Source: the human T2T-CHM13v2.0 reference genome, Homo sapiens
NCBI RefSeq assembly: GCF_009914755.1
Contig: NC_060928.1
DNA length: 64,000 bases
Reading direction: 5' to 3' (one strand)
Part shown: positions 31,742 through 48,885 of the stretch, in pieces
How the letters are laid out: the number at the start of each line of letters is the position of its first letter
How positions within the stretch are numbered: the first letter of the stretch is position 1
The notes under the pieces: generated by a model
What the model saw: only the letters and a program-made list of their open reading frames with translations
Database searches by the model: none
What the model was told of the DNA's origin: nothing
Translations under genes and position numbers: made by a program

Positions 31742-33916
31742 TTTTTTTTTTTTTTATTCTTTTTTTTTTTTTTTTAAATTTATTTTTTTATTGATAATTC
31801 TTGGGTGTTTCTCACAGAGGGGGATTTGGCAGGGTCATGGGACAATAGTGGAGGGAAGGTCAGCAGATAAACAAGTGAACAAAGGTCTCTGGTTTTCCTA
31901 GGCAGAGGACCCTGCGGCCTTCCGCAGTGTTTGTGTCCCTGATTACTTGAGATTAGGGATTGGTGATGACTCTTAACGAGCATGCTGCCTTCAAGCATCT
32001 GTTTAACAAAGCACATCTTGCACCGCCCTTAATCCATTTAACCCTGAGTGGACACAGCACATGTTTCAGAGAGCACAGGGTTGGGGGTAAGGTCACAGAT
32101 CAACAGGATCCCAAGGCAGAGGAATTTTTCTTAGTGCAGAATAAAATGAAAAGTCTCCCATGTCTACTTCTTTCTACACAGACACGGCAACCATCCGATT
32201 TCTCAATCTTTTCCCCACCTTTCCCGCCTTTCTATTCCACAAAGCCGCCATTGTCATCCTGGCCCGTTCTCAATGAGCTGTTGGGCACACCTCCCAGACG
32301 GGGTGGTGGCCGGGCAGAGGGGCTCCTCACTTCCCAGTAGGGGCGGCCGGGCAGAGGCGCCCCTCACCTCCCGGACGGGGCGGCTGGCCGGGCGGGGGGG
32401 CTGACCCCCCCCCACCTCCCTCCCGGACGGGGCGGCTGGCCGGGCGGGGGGCTGACACCCCCACCTACCTCCCGGACGGGGCGGCTGGCCGGACAGAGGG
32501 GCTCCTCACTTCCCAGTAGGGGCGGCCGGGCAGAGGCGCCCCTCACCTCCCAGACGGGGCGGCTGGCCGGGCGGAGGGCTGAACCCCCCACCTCCCTCCC
32601 GGACAGGGCGGCTGGCCGGGCGGGGGGCTGACCCCCCCACCTCCCTCCCGGACGGGGCGGCTGGCCGGGCAGAGGGGCTCCTCACTTCCCAGTAGGGGCG
32701 GCCGGGCAGAGGCGCCCCTCACCTCCCAGACGGGGCGGCTGGCCAGGCGGGGGGCTGACCCCCCCCACCTCCCTCCCGGACGGGGCGGCTGGCCGGGTGG
32801 GGGGGCTGACCCCCGCATCTCCCTCCCGGACGGGGTGGCTGGCCGGGCTGAGGGGCTCCTTACTTCCCAGTAGGGGCGGCCGGGCAGAGGCGCCCCTCAC
32901 CTCCCGGACGGCACGGCTGGCCAGGCGGGGGGCTGACCCCCCCACCTCCCTCCCGGACGGGGCGGCTGGCCGGGCAGGGGGCTGACCCCCCCCACCTCCC
33001 TCCCGGACGGGGTGGCTGCTGGGCGGAGACGCTCCTCACTTCCCAGATGGGGTGGCTGCCGGGCGGAGAGGCTCCTCACTTCTCAGACGGGGCAGCTGCC
33101 GGGCGGAGGGGCTCCTCACTTCTCAGACGGGGTGGTTGCCAGGCAGAGGGTCTCCTCACTTCTCAGACGGGGCGGCCGGGCAGAGACGCTCCTCACCTCC
33201 CAGACGGGGTCTCGGCCGGGCAGAGGCGCTCCTCACATCCCAGATGGGGCGGCGGGGCAGAGGCGCTCCCCACATCTCAGACGATGGGCGGCGGGGCAGA
33301 GACGCTCCTCACTTCCTAGATGTGATGGCGGCTGGGAAGAGGCGCTCCTCACTTCCTAGATGGGATGGCGGCCGGGTGGAGACGCTCCTCACTTTCCAGA
33401 CTGGGCAGCCAGGCAGAGGGGCTCCTCACATCCCAGACGATGGGCGGCCAGGCAGAGACACTCCTCACTTCCCAGACGGGGTGGCGGCCGGGCAGAGGCT
33501 GCAATCTCGGCACTTTGGGAGGCCAAGGCAGGCGGCTGGGAGGTGTAGGTTGTAGCGAGCCGAGATCACGCCACTGCACTCCAGCCTGGGCACCATTGAG
33601 CACTGAGTGAACGAGACTCCGTCTGCAATCCCGGCACCTCGGGAGGCCGAGGTTGGCGGATCACTCGCGGTTAGGGGCTGGAGATCGGCCCGGCCAACAC
33701 AGCGAAACCCTGTCTCCACCAAAACCAGTCAGGCGTGGCGGCGCGTGCCTGCAATCGCAGGCACTCCGCAGGCTGAGGCAGGAGAATCAGGCAGGGAGGT
33801 TGCAGTGTGCCGAGATGGCAGCAGTACAGTCCAGCTTCGGCTCCGCATGAGAGGGAGACCGTGGGGAGACGGAGACGGGAGAGGGAGGGGGAGGGGGAGG
33901 GGGAGGGAGAGGGAGA
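31742..33916 (-). mobile_element. Full-length SVA retrotransposon (young, SVA_E/F-like), antisense in intron 1
   Basis: On the minus strand: CCCTCT-type hexamer head (~33865-33916), Alu-like region (~33500-33860), GC-rich VNTR (~32290-33490), SINE-R (~31780-32290), poly(A). 18-bp TSD gctggtttttaaatttct at 31724-31741 and 33917-33934. Subfamily judged by eye only. Confidence 0.95.
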
Positions 33917-34195
33917 GCTGGTTTTTAAATTTCTAATTCAGTCTCTTTTATAAGTCTATTCAGGTTCTCTTTCTTGAGTTTTTAGAGTTTTTTTGGTAAT
34001 TTGTTTCCTAGGAATTAATCTGTTTTATCTATTTTATTAGCATTAGGTTGTTCATAATATTCGCTTATATTCCTTTTAATCACAGTAGTGTTTGTGGTGA
34101 TGTCCTCTCTTTTGTTTTTGGTAAGTTATATTTTCTTTTTTCCTAGGTCAATCTCACTTAAAAATTTATCCTTTTTCTGTCTTTAAAAAAAAATT

Positions 34196-34474
34196 GGCCT
34201 GGTGCAGTGGCTCATGCCTGTAATCCCAGTACTTTGGGAGGCTGAGGCAGACGAATCACTTGAAGTCAGGAGTTTGTGACCAGCCTGGCCAACATGGTGA
34301 AACTCCGTCTCTACTAAAAATACAAAAAACTAGTTGGGCGTGGTGGCGGGCACCTGTAATCCTAGCTACTCGGGAGGCTGAGGGAGAACAGCTTGAACCT
34401 GGGAAGTGGAGGTTGCAGTGAGCCGAGATCGCAACAGAGCAAGACTCCATCTCAAAAAAAAAAAAAAAAAAAAA
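34196..34474 (+). mobile_element. Alu
   Basis: Dimer with A tail. Confidence 0.9.
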
Positions 34475-34537
34475 GCACTTTTTCCCCCTATACTTTTCTG
34501 TTTTCTATTTCACTGATTTCTACTTTAATCTTTATAA

Positions 34538-34871
<334 letters not shown>

Positions 34872-36996
34872 TACTTTGGGTTTAATTTGCTCTTGTTCTA
34901 ATTTTTCAAGCTTAGATGATTGATTTTAGACCTCTTTTCTTTCCTAATGTAAGTGTTTGGAATTACAAATTTTTCTCTAAGCACTTTTTTAGCGTCATCA
35001 CATAATATTGGTATGTTGTATTTTTGTTTTTATTCAGTTCACAGTAGTTTCTGATTTCCCTTGTGATACATTGTTTGACCTTTGTTATTTATAAGTATGT
35101 TGTTTAATTTCCAAATATTTGGAATTTACTACATTGCTTTCTGTTGCTGATTTCTAATTTAATTCCATTGTGGTCAGAAACCATACATTAAATAATTTCA
35201 GTTTTTAAAAATTCAGTAAGACTTGTTTTATGTCCTAGCCCATGGTCTGTCCCAGAGAATGTTCCATGTGCAGTTAAAAAGAGTGTGTTTTCTGTTACTG
35301 TTGGATGGAGTGTCCCATAAATGGTTAAGTAAAGTTGGTTGATAATGTTGCTGAAGTCTTCTGTATTTTTTCTGATTGTCCATGTAGTTCTTTTTTCAGT
35401 TATTAAGAGTCGGCTATTGAAACCCCAAAACAAAATTTCTGAATTGTTTTTCTTTTCAGTTCTATTACTGTTGTTAGGTATGTTTAAATTTATAATGTTA
35501 TATCTTCCTTTTAGTTTCCAGTAATTTTTTTGTTTCTAGTAATCTTTTATATCTTAAAGTCTATTGTCTAATAATTGCCACTCCAGTTTTTGTAGTTACT
35601 TTTTCATGGTCTTATTTTTTCCCATTCTTTTACTTTCAACCTATTTATGAATTTGAATCTAAGATGTTTCTTTTGTAGACAACGTTTCGTTGTGTCTTAT
35701 TTTTTAATCCAGTCTATCTGCATTTGAATAGGATGTCCCAGTTCCTTGTTTTGCCAGGTTGGAGGCTGAGCTCCCCATTGGGCCTCCATGACTTAATTTT
35801 AGTAGTAATAGGATAATGAAGTAATGTTTGTTTTTTTAAGCAAGTAAAAACTTGTTAAATCTCAACCTGTTTTAGGTTGCATTAACTGTAAATAAACTTG
35901 CTGTGTTCATCAGAATTGTGTCCCTCTTGATTAAATCATATTCTATGATTTAAGAAATTCTAAAGTGTCAAAATGAAAAAAATGTCTTTAGTGGGAAAAA
36001 TATTTTGAACAAGTCCATGTGTTTGTAAGAAATGAGCAAAGAATATGATATGTATTGTTATTACAAATAGGTTTATTTGTAATGAGAGTTTACTTAGGAT
36101 TTCCTTTTAAATTGAGAGACTTAAACAACTCTGTCCTGCTAAAGGTGAATTCAGTTATGTGGTACAGCTCAGCTCATGTGTCCTCTGGCAGGTTTAGAAG
36201 TATGTACTTTGAAACCTCAACCAAAGGTTACCTGACCAAGGAATTTTGTGCCAATATCATACGGGCCAACGCCCTTTGTTTCTAGACTTCAGGTAGTAAT
36301 ACATAGGGACACTGAAATAAGAGGATAGAGTGATATAGAAAGTTGGTGTACCCAGGGCTTACTGAATCATTGTCTCCCTTTTCATCGCTATGAATAAGTG
36401 TGGACAAGTTGCTTTAATCTGCTAATGGAAGGAAGGAGCATTCTGTATTCCCAATTAAGGGAGCAAGTACAGGAATGGGAGAAAAAAATAGTTTATAAAG
36501 GTAGGCTCAGCAAGTCTTGGTGACAGATTATTGATAAGGGTAGAAAATAAGATGGAGCAATCCTAAATTACAAATTTTTAGTCTTTATAACTGAAAGAAT
36601 TATAATGCTATTAACAGGAAAGAAATGAGGGATTTGGGGGTGGGGGGGCAGTTGTGATGTTTTAGTTGGTTTTGAATTATTGTTGTATTCATTTAGTTTG
36701 TAGTAGTTTCTGTATTTTTGAAGATGCCAAAGCACTTTGCAACTTTTTAAAAACAGCTTTATCAAGATATAATTTATATACCATAAAATTTATTCATAGC
36801 TTATAATCAACATACCATAAAAGTCGTTATATGTTAGTGAATTTAGTGTATTTACAATGATCAAACCATTACCATAATTATCACTATCATATAATTTTAG
36901 AACATCTATATCACCCTAAAAAGAAACCTCATTCCCATTCCTACCTCCAGCCCTAGGCAACCACAAATCTCTTTTCTGCTCCATATGCTTTTCTAG

Positions 36997-37425
<429 letters not shown>

Positions 37426-38841
37426 TAGGGTAACTATGTATGTAGTACATGTGAGCCATGTGGGTAAATTATGTAAAACCAGTCAGTGTAGGAAAAATAT
37501 ATATATTGAAAGAGTAGTGATAATATCATAAAATGGTTTTATTATTGTTATTATTCATCTATAGAGGTTTACCTTGCTAAACATTTGCTGACATAGGATA
37601 TCAGTATGTAATATTTACCACAATTTTTAAAGTGTAATTGCTGAGGTAGAGATTTTTCTTAAGGAATCTTTGCAGTATTTAAATTGGAAAGAGAATGAAC
37701 CCCATTGATTTCATTTTGAATTGATAGTTATTCCATAAATTGAGATTTTATTTCACTATTTTTGTCCAAATGAATTTGGATTGTAGACTAAAGAAATGGT
37801 CATCTACCCCATTATTTAGCCTTGATGATCTTGATCAAAACTAAATAATGCATATGAGAGACAGACCTAAGTTATAGATGGGGAAAAGAGACAAGTGATG
37901 GAAAAGGTACTGTTGCCACTAAAAGTAGTTTGTCTATTGTAGTTCTGTAGATACATCTTTATTTAAATGTTTACAGTGAAACAACACTTCATGTTATTAC
38001 ACTAACTTGATTAATGTAAATGAGATTATTGACTCCTTATTGAAACCTTTCACTAGATATACAGTATCGAAGCCTAATTTTGTTTGCTTCATAAATTCCA
38101 TTTAAAGTGTCTTATTTGAAAATCACCCTGGTTAGAAATCAATAGCTATTTGCATTTTTCATATGGAGTGACACTTGAAATAAATTAATAGTAACTGACA
38201 TAATCTGGATTAATCTGAGAAACATGAAGTAGAAAATTTATGTACACACTTCCTTATCTTCTGCTCAACTTTTCCTTTCTGTATACTTTCCCTGTTAGCT
38301 TATAAAATACTGTCTCTTGGTCCTTTTCTGAAACTGAAGCAATTTAGTAATTGATTCACATTTAGTTATTTAGGGTTAAAGTATTGCTTTTCTCCAACAC
38401 ATTGTCGTTTGAAAAGAGGACTACAAATTGGATACTGCTTAACTAAAAGGAATGAATCACTAATGGTAGATGTTTGTGTATGTCGTGGGAAGGGAAATAG
38501 GTGGAGAGCAAAGAATTTAGCTCCTTCTTCTGCTTCCTAAGTAGATTTAATAATCTGGCTATATTAGGGAGTTAGTCAAGTAGTGTTGAAAACAGAATAA
38601 ACTGTTGGAAATACAGGTATTTTCTCATAGTCTTAGTAAAACACCTACTTTAGGAATACCTCATTTGGGTTCACTTAGTACTTGGAATTTGGATTTATAT
38701 TGATTGTTTTACTATAATTTTCTTCCTGTGCAGTAAGTAAATGTGGGTGATTTAAAATATACTCCATGACTTTTACTCCCTTCTCCCCTATTTAAATCGA
38801 TCCAAAAGGATCCCTGTTTTATATAACCTTGTGCTTAATAA

Positions 38842-39066
<225 letters not shown>

Positions 39067-40104
39067 TAGTCAAAAACCATAAATATTGAGCAGTGTGTTT
39101 TTAGGAAGCAATTCTTTGGAGCATTTTTCAAATCTCATTGTTCATATCATCATGAGAGTTTTTCCCATGTTCACATAACCCTGTTCTATCATTTACTTAA
39201 TAGCTTTTTAAAAAAATCTTGTTTTTATTTAGCCTCATCCTAAAGAATAATATCCATGAAATAATGAATTTCGTATGATAAGCTTTTTTCTAATACAAGT
39301 TAAATAACTATTAAAATATAAAATGTCTGGTATTGTATAAAATCCTCTCACATTCCACTCTTTGGGGAAACTGGTGTGGTAGAAAGATACAAGTGGAGAG
39401 CTACAGAGACCTTGTTCTCACTCTAGCCCTTAATTGCTCTGTCACTGCATTATTTGACTTGTGTGAGCTCAGTTGTCTCATAAGAATGATGAACCTTGAA
39501 AGGTAATTTTCAGGGTTAAGTGTTATGTGAAAGAGCCTAGCATGTTTTCTGGCTAACAGTAAGTGCTGAGTAAATGTATTCATTTCCCTTGTTATGTAAA
39601 ACTACTTGACATTTTAGGTTTAAATTGCTTTTATGCTCTTTTGTTTAATAGCATTCACAAAGCTGACAAAATGTGTCTGTGGCTGTTTATAACATTTAAT
39701 GTAGCATGCCAGTGTGGGCAGAAATGTAGGAAAAATATTGTTTATTTCTTCTTGTATTTCTCTCAGTCTGTTTTATGAAATATTCAGATAGTAAAAGATG
39801 GATGCATGATTAGTTTTGTTGTTGTTTTTCTGGTTTTTATTTACTTGGCAGCCATGTACTTAAAATTACTTATTTTGGCTTTATTATAGAAAACAGTATG
39901 TGCTTTGTGGTTAGAGTTTAAGCTGAAAATGGTCACAGGAAGCAGAGGGGACAGTTAAAGTGGCATACATAAAATGAAGTTTATTTGGTGATAAGGGGTA
40001 GTGGTTGTTACATGCAAATAACTTACGGGATGTTATTACAGAGGTTCTGAATCTGGGTCAGTTTTGACACTAAAGTATTACTTTTCCTCTATGAAAAGAA
40101 GCCC

Positions 40105-40396
40105 TTTTGTTTTTGTTTTTTGTTTTTTGTTTTGTTTTTTTTTTTTTTGATATGGAGTCTCACTCTGTTGCCCAGGCTGGAGTGCAGTGGTGTGATCTTG
40201 GCTCACTGCAGCCTCAGCCTCCCGAGTAGCTGGGACTAAGGTGCCCACCACCACTCCTGGCTAATTTTTGTATTTTTTGTAGAGATGGGATTTTGCCGTG
40301 TTAGCCAGGCTGGTCTTGAACTCCCGACCTCAGGTGATCTGCCCGCCTCAGCCTCCCAATCTGCTGGGATTACAGGCGTGAGCCACCATGCCTGGC
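40105..40396 (-). mobile_element. Alu
   Basis: Reverse-complement dimer with a small deletion. Confidence 0.9.
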
Positions 40397-40697
40397 CAAA
40401 GAAGCACTTTTGAAAAAGCAATAGCCTTTATGTGATTTTTTAAATGTTTAGTATGACTATCAGCTTATTTGTTTGAATTATACCCTGAAGCTTGATGTAA
40501 GTTATATTCATAAGAGATTATTAGAAATATGTAGACAAGCTAGTAGACCATTTTAAATAGCTGGACATTTTCTGACCAATTTCTGGCATTAATGTACTTA
40601 ATGCCACAGAACATTAAGTATGGAAATTTTCTGACTATATATTGAGAATATTCCTATAGAAGGAGCATGATTGAAAGAAAAAAGAATATTCCTAGAG

Positions 40698-41151
<454 letters not shown>

Positions 41152-41325
41152 TTACAATTTAATTAGGAATTTTCATCATTGAACAGCATGTATTGAGAAT
41201 CTGCTATAATAGGCATTGTTCTCAACACTGAAGTTATGGCAGTGAATATAATAGACCAAAAAATGGCTTACTTCTTGGAGCTTATATTCTTATAAGAGGA
41301 GTCAGACAGTAAACAAATAAATAAA

Positions 41326-41545
41326 ACTCTGGCAAACTTTTTCTGCAAAAAGCCAGATAATAAACAATTTTAGTCTTTGTTGCCTGTAAGATCTCTGTTG
41401 CAGTTACTCAACTTTGCTCTTGTAGCATGCAAGCAGCCATAGACAATACATAAATGAGTGGGCATGGCTGTGTTCCAGTAAAACTACTTAATGTAACAGG
41501 TAGTGGACTAGATTTGGCCTGAAGGCTATATTTTACCAACCCCTG
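41326..41545. mobile_element. MER58-type hAT-Charlie element
   Basis: ggcaaactttttctg..gccagata..actcaactttgc..gcagccatagacaata..ggctgtgttcca..gatttggcc..aacccctg. Confidence 0.8.
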
Positions 41546-42744
41546 GTTTAAAACGTCCTAAGGAGTATGAATTATTAGCAATTGGTGACTAGCAACCTGG
41601 ACTTGGGTAAAAGTAAAGCTGCTGCACCTCAAAAATAGCAATTTTGAGTGAGTGGCTCTTTGCTTTATTGCAAGGAGGATATTAGGAGTGTGTAAGAGAG
41701 GCAGTTACTCTTGAACCATAACTAGGTGTAATTAAGTACTGCATCTGTTTAACATTGTTTAAATTTTATAGCTGTATTCATAGAACAATAGCTACAGCTA
41801 TAAATACAATGTATATTTGAAATATATATTTAAAATCTTTTAAGGAAAAATTTTGGCTTTTACAAGTTTGAACTTTGTAGTTGTAAATCCCCCATTTCCC
41901 AAGGAGATTGTTTTTTTTTTAAATACACTTTTTTGGTAAGGCAGAGCTTCCTAGGAACTTAAGTGCTGTATTGCAGCAGAACAGTTATTACTCCTTCACA
42001 CTCAGGTTCGCTGCAGCGCACTATCACTCGTTCCTAAAATTTTCTTCACTTGTTTTTTTTGACAGTGTATTGTCTTTTTAACCCTCATTTACCCTCCCTG
42101 CTCTTTTCTTTTCAGTCTTCATTGAAGATTCTTCCTTTTCTACCCATCTTTTAAAAATTGTCATAAAATTATATAATACAAAATTATCCATTTTCACCCT
42201 TTAAAAATGTACAGTCCTGTGGCATTAAGTACATTCACGTTACTGTGCAACTGTCACTATCATATCCAGGTGAAAAGAGCTTTTAATCATCCTATACTAA
42301 ACTTTTTCATCATCCCATACTGAAATTCTGTACCCGTGTTAACCAATAACTTCCCATTCCCTTTGCTTCCTCTCTGCCTGTTTTAGGTTTAGGTTGCCCC
42401 AGATCTCTCTTTTGCCTCATGTCTCTCCCTGTTTTGGTGTTTTCATCTGTTTATATGGTGTCTAGTATCACCTCTGTTGAATCACATTCATTCATGCATA
42501 TATTCAAATAATTTTTAATGCAAACCTGTTAAGTATCAGGCTTTGGGAAAAGGGTGGAGGTGGGGTACATTATAAAGAAAAATGAACACTGTACTGGCAC
42601 TTAATGGAGTTTATCATCTAGTAGGGGAAACATACTACAAATAATTTTTTTAGTGGTATATATATATAATAAAGGAATAAAGGTATAGTGCTTTGAGAAA
42701 TAGGAATTTTCCCTTAGGAAATGATGTTTGACCTGAAACCTTAA

Positions 42745-43570
<826 letters not shown>

Positions 43571-45194
43571 ATTGTGGACTTTTAAGAGCACTAGAAAAAT
43601 ATCGAAGGGTTTTCTGCAAGGGTGTAGTGTATGTGGACAGGAAGGACGTCATCAATTTTATTTTGGAAAGGTTATTCTAGTAGTAGTATGGAAAGTAGGT
43701 TGGAAAGGGGCAAGAGTGAATGTAGGATGCCTTTGAAGAGGGTTGATAATGATAGCTAGGCCATGTATGCTGAATGGAAAGCATAGTAGATATGGTAATA
43801 AAAGGGAGTGAGCCAAATATGAGGAAATGGTGGACAAGAATATCAGTAGTGATTTCTAAGTTGCCAGCTTCTGCGACAAGATGAATATTGGGATCATTCT
43901 GGAAGAGGGACCCTTGGAAGAGAATTAGATGTTAGTGCGAAGATCATGAGTTGATCTTATATGTTGACTTAGATACATTTGCCATACCCAAGGGGAGAGA
44001 CATTAAATGGGTGGTGTATATAGGTCTGAAGCTCAGAGGAAAACTTAAGACTAGAAATTTAAATAATGAGGAATGTTTAGCATATAGATAATAATTGATG
44101 TATGATTGAGATTCCTTAGGAGAAAGAATATGGCATAGACTGAGAAGATAAAAAGGCTTAGAACTTGGAATGCTAGTGATTAATAACTAAGTAAAAGAGA
44201 ATAAACTCCAGAGGAGATGGAGGAGGAGGAAAAAGGTAGAATTTAGCAACTGTATTTCTGCACAGGTTGATAGTTCCAAGATCATGCCACATACTGCATA
44301 CTAAATATATATAAAATATTGTTTTATCTTGCATCTTGTCTCATGGTGAATATGTACAAAACTACATGGTCCAAATTACTGCACTGTCTAACTAAACAGA
44401 AAACATATGTTCCTCCTCCCCAAAACCACTACTACCAGTAGGCAAACCAGACATTTCATTCAGCTGATTTCTTTTCTTTAACAATCCTTTCCAGTTTTTA
44501 ATATCTATCCTTTTTTTCTTTTTTTTCCTTTTTTCTAGTCACCGTGTACTACCTAGTTCAGTCTAACTTATTAAACATCAAGATTTCTGTCATTTTTTCT
44601 CCTTACACTGATCAGATCATATCATATGCTTGATCAAAATCACAGATAGTTTTATCACTGCTACTAAATAGGCTTAGTGGCCTACTAAATAGGTTTAGAA
44701 ACCTACTAACTAGGTTTCAGACTTCTGAGCGTAGTGTCTCAGGCCTTCCATGACCTGGCTCCAGCTGGTTTTATCTGTTTTGTCCCTGCCCTGTGCTTTA
44801 TCACACTTACCTGAGCATGCTCTGCATTTCCGAGACACTGCTTTTGTTCATCTTATAAATACTGAGTAAAGCACATACTTTCCCCATCCTGTCAAGTTAC
44901 TACTCATCCTCTCAAGACTGCTTCAATGCCTCTCCTTCCAAAAAGCCTTACCCAGTTTCTCTCAGTTGTAATGAATTACTCCTAACTCTTCCTTTCCATT
45001 GCCCTTTGCACCTTTATGATAGTACTCATTTCATTTTGCCTTGCAATGTTTGTTGACTCTGCCTGTGGTACTTGGCTGCAAGCCTCTTAAGAGAGAGAGC
45101 ACCATATCCTGTTTCTTGTATATATTCTATAAAGTGCTCTTGCCAGTGCTCATAAATATTGAATAAGCTGTGGATATTAGAATATGAAGGAAGG

Positions 45195-45494
<300 letters not shown>

Positions 45495-45639
45495 GATTGA
45501 AGGAAGAAATAGTATTTTAAGTGTTAATTTTTTAAATATATGCATTTGATATCTTAGTCCTACTGTTGTACTATTTATTTAATTTTACATGCATAGCACA
45601 TTTTTTTTTTCTTTTTTTGACAGAAGTATTCAGGTTGAC

Positions 45640-45930
45640 TTTTTTTTTTTTTTTTTTTTGAGACGGAGTCTCGCTCTGTCACCCAGGCTGGAGTGCAGTG
45701 GCTCGATATCGGCTCACTGCAAGCCCCGCCTCCCGGGTTCACGCCATTCTCCTGCCTCAGCCTCTCCGAGTAGCTGGGACTACAGGCGCCCGCCACCACA
45801 CCTGGCTAATTTTTTGTATTTTTTAGTAGAGACGGGGTTTCACCGTGGTCTCGAGCTCCTGACCTCGTGATCCGCCCGCCTCGGCCTCCCAAAGTGCTGG
45901 GATTACAAGCGTGAGCCACCGCGCCCGGCC
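45640..45930 (-). mobile_element. AluY, Yd lineage
   Basis: CpG-rich, with a 12-bp left-arm deletion (gagacc-acggtgaaaccc). Flanked by gact(t)n. Confidence 0.85.
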
Positions 45931-46077
45931 GACTTTTTTTTTTTTTTTTTTTTAAGGATTTCCCATGTCTTGACCTTAAACTGGCTTAATAATAGTCGGT
46001 ATTGCTTTAAAAAAAAAATCCAAACTTTGAAAAGGCGATTTAAACAACTTATTTCATAGCTTTTAGAAAAAGTAATA

Positions 46078-46517
<440 letters not shown>

Positions 46518-46860
46518 TAAAAAGTAATACATTTGTTACAGAAAAATGAGAAAACATAAGTATGCTTTTATATTCCATTTATTTTTAAAGGTCACTCAGG
46601 ATTGATACAGCAAGTATCAAAGAATAAACTTTCCAACATAGTAGAAGTGAATTAAGTGGCCAATAATCTGTTTAGGAGTTACTCTTCCTGCATTATTTTT
46701 GTTGTTTGATGTGGCTACTGTTTTATTTGCATACACAGTTTAAGATAATAGAAACAATTTGTTGGGATTATTATATTTTTTCCCCCACTACCATAAGAAT
46801 ATTTCTTCATTTAAATTGAGATAATGATTTAGTTTTCTAATAGGAAAACTTCAGAAATGA

Positions 46861-47106
<246 letters not shown>

Positions 47107-48708
47107 TAAGGAATGTTTTTTAGCTTACTGCACTGTATCAGAAAATAACATTCATCTGCAGTTCGAGTTCATTTTATTTATGAAACTTTTAACTGGTTAA
47201 AGAAAATATCATTGAGGAGCAACTTAGCACCAGGTACTATATTAGGCACCAGGGGTATAAACATAAGCCAGTGTGCTAAATACATAAAATTTTCTTTAGC
47301 AAGTACCTAAAAGTTTGTAAGTCTGGCTTAATTAAATGGGTTACAAATGTGATTCTTTTAATCAATAGATCCTTATTGAACAGCCTACTTGGGTTGTAAA
47401 AACTACAGAGTTAAAACCTCTTTATAGGAATTTTAATAAACTTTGATACTGCAGCTAAATAATAGTATGAGGTTAGAGGTGACTGTACCAGCAGAGTGAG
47501 GGGGCAGTAAATGATGTGGGAAAGCCAGATTGCTATAAACCAGGGAAAGAATGTTCTGCTCTGAGACTGTTATTGTGTAGCTTACTCTTCACGAATTCAC
47601 AATTCACCCATTTATTTACTCTTATTGTCGCTGAAGCTGTTGTTATGACTGATTATTATAACTTCCTTAAAAATTAAGGTTAACCACCTCAAATTTTGAC
47701 CTGTGCACTCCCTAGTCTAATGATCCTATTCTTTGTGTAGTATATAGGTTGTTACTTGCTACTTACTTCACCTATGATGATACCATGTTAAAAAGTTTAA
47801 GCTGCAATATTTGTTTAAAATAGGTAATTTCGTTCAGGCATTATTTGAGCCTGACCTTGTAGTACTTTTCCTATCATGTGCACTCTGCTCTTTTTTCATT
47901 AATAGTATAAAGATTAATTATTTTGTACTCTTCTTGCTCTCCTTACATGCTTTTCATGTTGGAGCTGACTGTTATGGTGAAGAATTCTGGAAAACAAGTG
48001 TTTCAGATAAATCTGTAATAGAAATATTAGTGACAGTGTTGGGATTTCATTATTTAGTAAAAGTTGATGATCTGATGAAAATATTTCATTAGAAACAAGT
48101 TAGACTTTTTTGGATGTGTGTATTCTTTATTCCTCTGGCCTGTTTTCTGTCTTCCTTTTGGTTTAGAATGATAAAGTACTTTAAACATGGCATAATGTAG
48201 GAGAAACAAGCCTCATGGTCTTTGTTCCTAAAATCTCTAAGGAATCTAATTTTATTCAAATTATAGTTTTCTCATTTAGAAAAATGAGGGAAAAGATGAT
48301 GGTGTTTGTCAATGACTGTGAATTCGGGAGAAGAAAACACTACATCATAAACTCATCTATTTATAGAGCAGTTTCATTGGCTATCTTGTGCAAGTTGAAA
48401 TCCTTAACATATACTTATTGAACACCAATTACTTGCCAGGCACTGTGCTGAAAGCTGAATTGTTACATAAGAGAATAGATAAGTTATACTTAGATGAAAA
48501 TATGTTTATGCCATAGCATATAAAGGAGTCTCAGTAGCCCTCATTTTTCTTAATGAGGTCAATTTCTAATTTCAGGGAATTTTTTAAGCAGAAAAGGCAG
48601 AACAAGAATGAATTAAATCAAAGGGTATAATATCAAGTTAGTTGCAGTAGGCATTTATTCAATAGTTGCTTTACCAGAGTTTGAATTTTTTTCTTTTTTT
48701 TTTTTTAA

Positions 48709-48885
<177 letters not shown>

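Noticed and set aside
31707-33936. Many overlapping 60-167 aa ORFs on both strands
   Set aside because: All lie within the SVA. GC-rich VNTR sequence lacks stop codons by composition.
35188-35433. 81-aa ORF with L1 endonuclease-like residues as a coding gene
   Set aside because: Short decayed piece of an old L1M, with no intact ORF2 around it.
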